A stretch of DNA of 64,000 nt from the NCBI RefSeq assembly GCF_006345805.1, contig NC_043025.1:8556001-8620000 (forward strand), written 5' to 3'. Shown one piece after another: positions 60,573 to 64,000 of the stretch; position 1 is the first letter of the stretch; each line of letters opens with the position of its first letter. Made by a program: the position numbers and the translations under genes. This DNA comes from Octopus sinensis (lineage: Eukaryota). The notes beneath the pieces were generated by a model. The model worked only from the letters and a program-made list of their open reading frames with translations. It did no database searches and had not been told where the DNA came from.

Positions 60573-60802
60573 GCAGCGAGCTGGTAGAAACGTTAGCGCG
60601 CCGGGCGAAATTCATAGCAGTATTCCATCTGTCGCTATGTTCTGAGTTCAAATTCCACCGAGGTCGACTTTGCCTTTCATCCTTTTGGGGTCGATAAATT
60701 AAGTACCAGTTACGCACTGGGGTCGATGTAATCGACTTAATACCTTTGTCTGTCCTTGTTTGTTCACTCTATGTTTAGCCCCTTGTGGGTAGTAAAGAAA
60801 TA
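60573..60802 (+). mobile_element. Same SINE family, monomer with 15-bp target-site duplication
   Basis: tatatgaattggtat occurs on both sides; the SINE interrupts a foldback element. Confidence 0.85.
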
Positions 60803-61045
60803 TATATGAATTGGTATTATCTGTAAGTCGATGATTGAAATGAATCTGTTCCTCCATTTTCTTATTTTGTATTATGAGTTTGAGGTGAAACATTTTACCT
60901 TCGCCCATATAATACAATAAATGAATTAATTGCATTGCAATTATAAGCATTTATGTATTTGCCTTTCTGGGTACTTCACTGGCAGTATATTGGATAACTG
61001 ATATCCCATAGTAGGTTACACTCATAACCCCTATCTCACTTTGTA

Positions 61046-61088
<43 letters not shown>

Positions 61089-61601
61089 CATCATCATCAT
61101 CATCGTTTAATGTCCGTTTTCCGCGCTAGCACGGGTTGGACAGTTCGACTGGGGTCTGGGAAGCCAGGGGCTGCACCAGGCTCCAGTCTGATCTGGCAGT
61201 GTTTCTACAGCTGGATGTCCTTTCTAACACCAACCACTCCGCGAGTGTAGTGGGTGCTTTTTACGTGCCACCGGCACAGGTGCCAGGGGAGTCTGGCATC
61301 GGCCACGATCGGTTGGTGCTTTTAACGTGCCACCGGCACGGAAGCCAGCCAAGGCGGCGCTGGCATCGGCCACATTCGGATGGTGCTTTTTATGTGCCAC
61401 CGGCACAGAAGCCAGTCGAGGCATATATATGCTGAAATGAATTGATAGGGCCACATATAACATCCTAAAGTACATCTCATTTTTTCCTCTGGTGAAATTA
61501 TCCTCAAGTCACATAAATGCAAATTTAATGTACACATTTGTAATTAAATTATTGAGTGTTAATTAAAATGGCTGTAGAAGTGAAGATGACTAATTTGTTA
61601 A

Positions 61602-61968
61602 TCTCTCTATATATATAAAGCTGAAGCTGTCTGTGTGTGGCAGGTTTGGTAGCCTTCAACTAACACTATCTCCTCCGAGACCCTGCGGTGCAAGTTGACC
61701 AAAATTGAGAGTATGATAGAAGAAGGCTTGCTCTTCCTTCCGTAGAAGAAAAAATTCAAATCGGACCATGTTAACACCAAAAAGGTGCTTTTTTTCTATG
61801 AAAATCCCTATTTTTTACGATTTTTTTTACTGCTGTGTTGCTATTTTTCGGTGTATTTCAACCAGACAAATGTTCACTTAAAGAGAATAAAAAGCTACAA
61901 AATGCATTCAAAAATTCCAATTCTAAAGGGTCGAAACAAACCCGAGCAACGCCGGGCAACACTGCTAG
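61602..61968 (+). mobile_element. Non-autonomous Helitron (same 3' end, different interior)
   Basis: A|TC 5' end, identical hairpin cccgagcaacgccggg, CTAG|T. Confidence 0.85.
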
Positions 61969-62084
61969 TAATAAATAATTGTTAACTTCCTTATCTCCAT
62001 TTTCTTTTCTTCTTTTAACTGTATATATAAATATAGATAGTTTTGGTGAAGCATTGTGAGGTATAACTTTAAAGAAGCTTGCTG

Positions 62085-62118
<34 letters not shown>

Positions 62119-62370
62119 GTATAAAGTAAGATAGGTGGTTATGGATGTAACCCACTATGGGATATCATTTATCCAATATACTGTTAGTACAGTACCCAAA
62201 TTCTTAATACATAAATGTTTTTAATTGCAATGCAATTAAGTCATTTATTGTATTAAACGGGTGAAGGTAAAGAAATATTTTTGCAGTAAATTAATAATAC
62301 AAATAAGAAAATGGAGAAACAAATTTGGTTTGTTCATCAACTTAAGGATATTATAATGTTGGAATATATA

Positions 62371-62573
62371 CAGGGGTTGGACAAAATAATGGAAACACCT
62401 TAAAATTTCAAGCAAATTTATTTTAATATGAAGTAGGACCGCCTTTGGTAGTAATTACGGTTTGAATTCTATGAGGTATGGACTCAAACAAAGTTTGAAT
62501 TGTTTCCAAAGGAATTTTTCTCCATTCTTCATCTAAAACAGTTTCCAGTTCTTGTAGTGATGATGGTGGAGGA
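62371..62573 (-). mobile_element. Tc1-like terminal fragment
   Basis: TA|CAGGGGTTGGACAAAATAATGGAAACACC resembles a Tc1-family TIR; only one end is present. Confidence 0.55.
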
Positions 62574-62679
62574 TATTATTAGGTTAAAAATAACTTCCTT
62601 AAATTATTAATTTTGTAGAGTATTAAACCATTTTTTTTTTTTGCTTATAAGATAAGTTACCATTGGGAAGCAAGCTTCT

Positions 62680-63459
62680 TATTTCTTTACTACCCACAAG
62701 GGGCTAAACATAGAGGGGACAAACAAGGACAGACAAAGGGATTAAATCAAGTACATCGACCCCCAGTGCATAACTGGTACTTAATTTATCAACCCCGAAA
62801 GGATGAAAGGCAAAGTTGACCTCAGCAGAATTTGAACTCAGAACGTAACGGCAGACGAAATACCTATTTCTTTACTACCCATAAGGGGCTAAACACAGAG
62901 GGAACAAACAAGGACAGACAAAGGGATTAAATCAAGTACATCGACCCCCAGTGCGTAACTGGTACTTAATTTATCAACCCTGAAAGGATGAAAGGAAAAG
63001 TCGACCTCGGCGGAATTTGAACTCAGAACATAGCGGCAGATGAAATACCTATTTCTTTACTACCCACAAGGGGCTAAACACAGTGAGGACAAACAAGGAC
63101 AGACAAATGGATTAAGTCGATTATATCAACCCCAGTGCGTAACTGGTACTTATTTAATTGATCCCGAAAGGATGAAAGGCAAAGTCGACCTCGGCGGAAT
63201 TTCAACTCAGAATGTAACGGCAGACGAAATACCTATTTCTTTACTGCCCACAAGGGGCTAAACACAGAGAGGACAAACAAGGACAGACAATTAAGTCGAT
63301 TATATCGACCCCAGTGCATAACTGGTACTTATTTAATTGACCCCGAAGGATGAAAGGCAAAGTCGACCTCGGCGGAATTTGAACTCCGAACGTAGCGGCA
63401 GACGAAATACTGGTAAGCATTTCGCCTGGCAGGCTAAGGTTTCTGCCAGCTCACCGCCT
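62680..63459 (-). mobile_element. Same SINE family, tetramer
   Basis: Four body units plus head at about 63410-63459; same junction. Confidence 0.85.
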
Positions 63460-63670
63460 TAAAGCTTCTTACCACACAGCCACTCCTGTGCCTATGCTGA
63501 CAATTCAGCCAACCCACCACCTTAGCCAAGCAAAATATTAACAGCATGAACTTCACTGATCCTCCAAAATAAAATTAAGCAAAAACAAGCAAAGAGAGAG
63601 AGAAAGGGAGAGAGACACACAGACAGAATGGTTCTGTAAAATGAAATTTAGTCTCAGTTTGCAAACTTAC

Positions 63671-63842
63671 CTCGAGAGGTTCAATTTGCTGTTGAGGACT
63701 TGTCGTCTCTGGTTTCTCGAGGGCTCATGAGCCAACGACCGGATCATGGTCTTACGAAGCTTCTGCCCTTTATCCAGCAAGATGGAAATTATGTCTGGGT
63801 AACCGGGGTCTGCAGCAAGATGGTCTTCCAGGATTGATGTCC
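63671..63842 (-). CDS. C2CD3: C2CD3 exon (first in window), 172 nt, phase 1 to 2
   Basis: Acceptor ...ctcctaaag| (AAG, weaker) and donor |gtaagt. Peptide TSILEDHLAADPGYPDIISILLDKGQKLRKTMIRSLAHEP...; LLDKGQKLRKTM resembles the recalled vertebrate LLEQGNKLRNAM. Phase matches the next exon. Confidence 0.75.
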
Positions 63843-64000
63843 CTTTAGGAGAAGGTGATAGTGATGAGGTGGGTGTGCGTTAAGGGTAATTATTTTTTAG
63901 GGCAAGAAGGAAGCACAGGGTAGATAAGGAGGGGGTATATGGGGGTAAAAGGAAAAGATAATCGTAGTTAGACATAAGAACAGAGGAGTATGGTAAATGG

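Overview
AT-rich, repeat-dense eukaryotic genomic DNA. The SINE families, heavy microsatellite load and intron sizes suggest an octopus (cephalopod) genome; this is inference. The window lies inside one minus-strand gene that I identify as C2CD3 (centriolar/ciliogenesis C2-domain protein), based on peptide motifs recalled from the vertebrate protein. I reconstructed 20 GT-AG exons (2830 nt, about 943 codons). Their phases chain correctly except for one break spanning the 100-N gap (36376-36475), where exon(s) are probably missing. Introns hold tRNA-derived SINEs, RTE, CR1 and R4/Dong-like LINE fragments, Penelope-like element (PLE) remnants, Helitrons, mariner/Tc1 remnants, MITEs and several TE-derived tandem arrays. 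The most notable signal is about a dozen minimal type-I hammerhead ribozyme motifs from at least five sequence families: two with canonical cores, a U3-A8 compensatory variant, a U4C variant and an A6U variant. Several are in tandem or inverted pairs, and seven are sense to the C2CD3 pre-mRNA. Other highlights are a fixed-spacing CCAAT/CRE array, SINE multimers with a palindromic junction, a piggyBac-MITE-derived satellite, a 187-bp repeat with a covarying cUUCGg hairpin, and a candidate in-frame cassette exon. No CRISPR array, rRNA or true tRNA gene was found. Most long ORFs in the track are microsatellite artefacts. Repeat boundaries are approximate, and no database searches were run.
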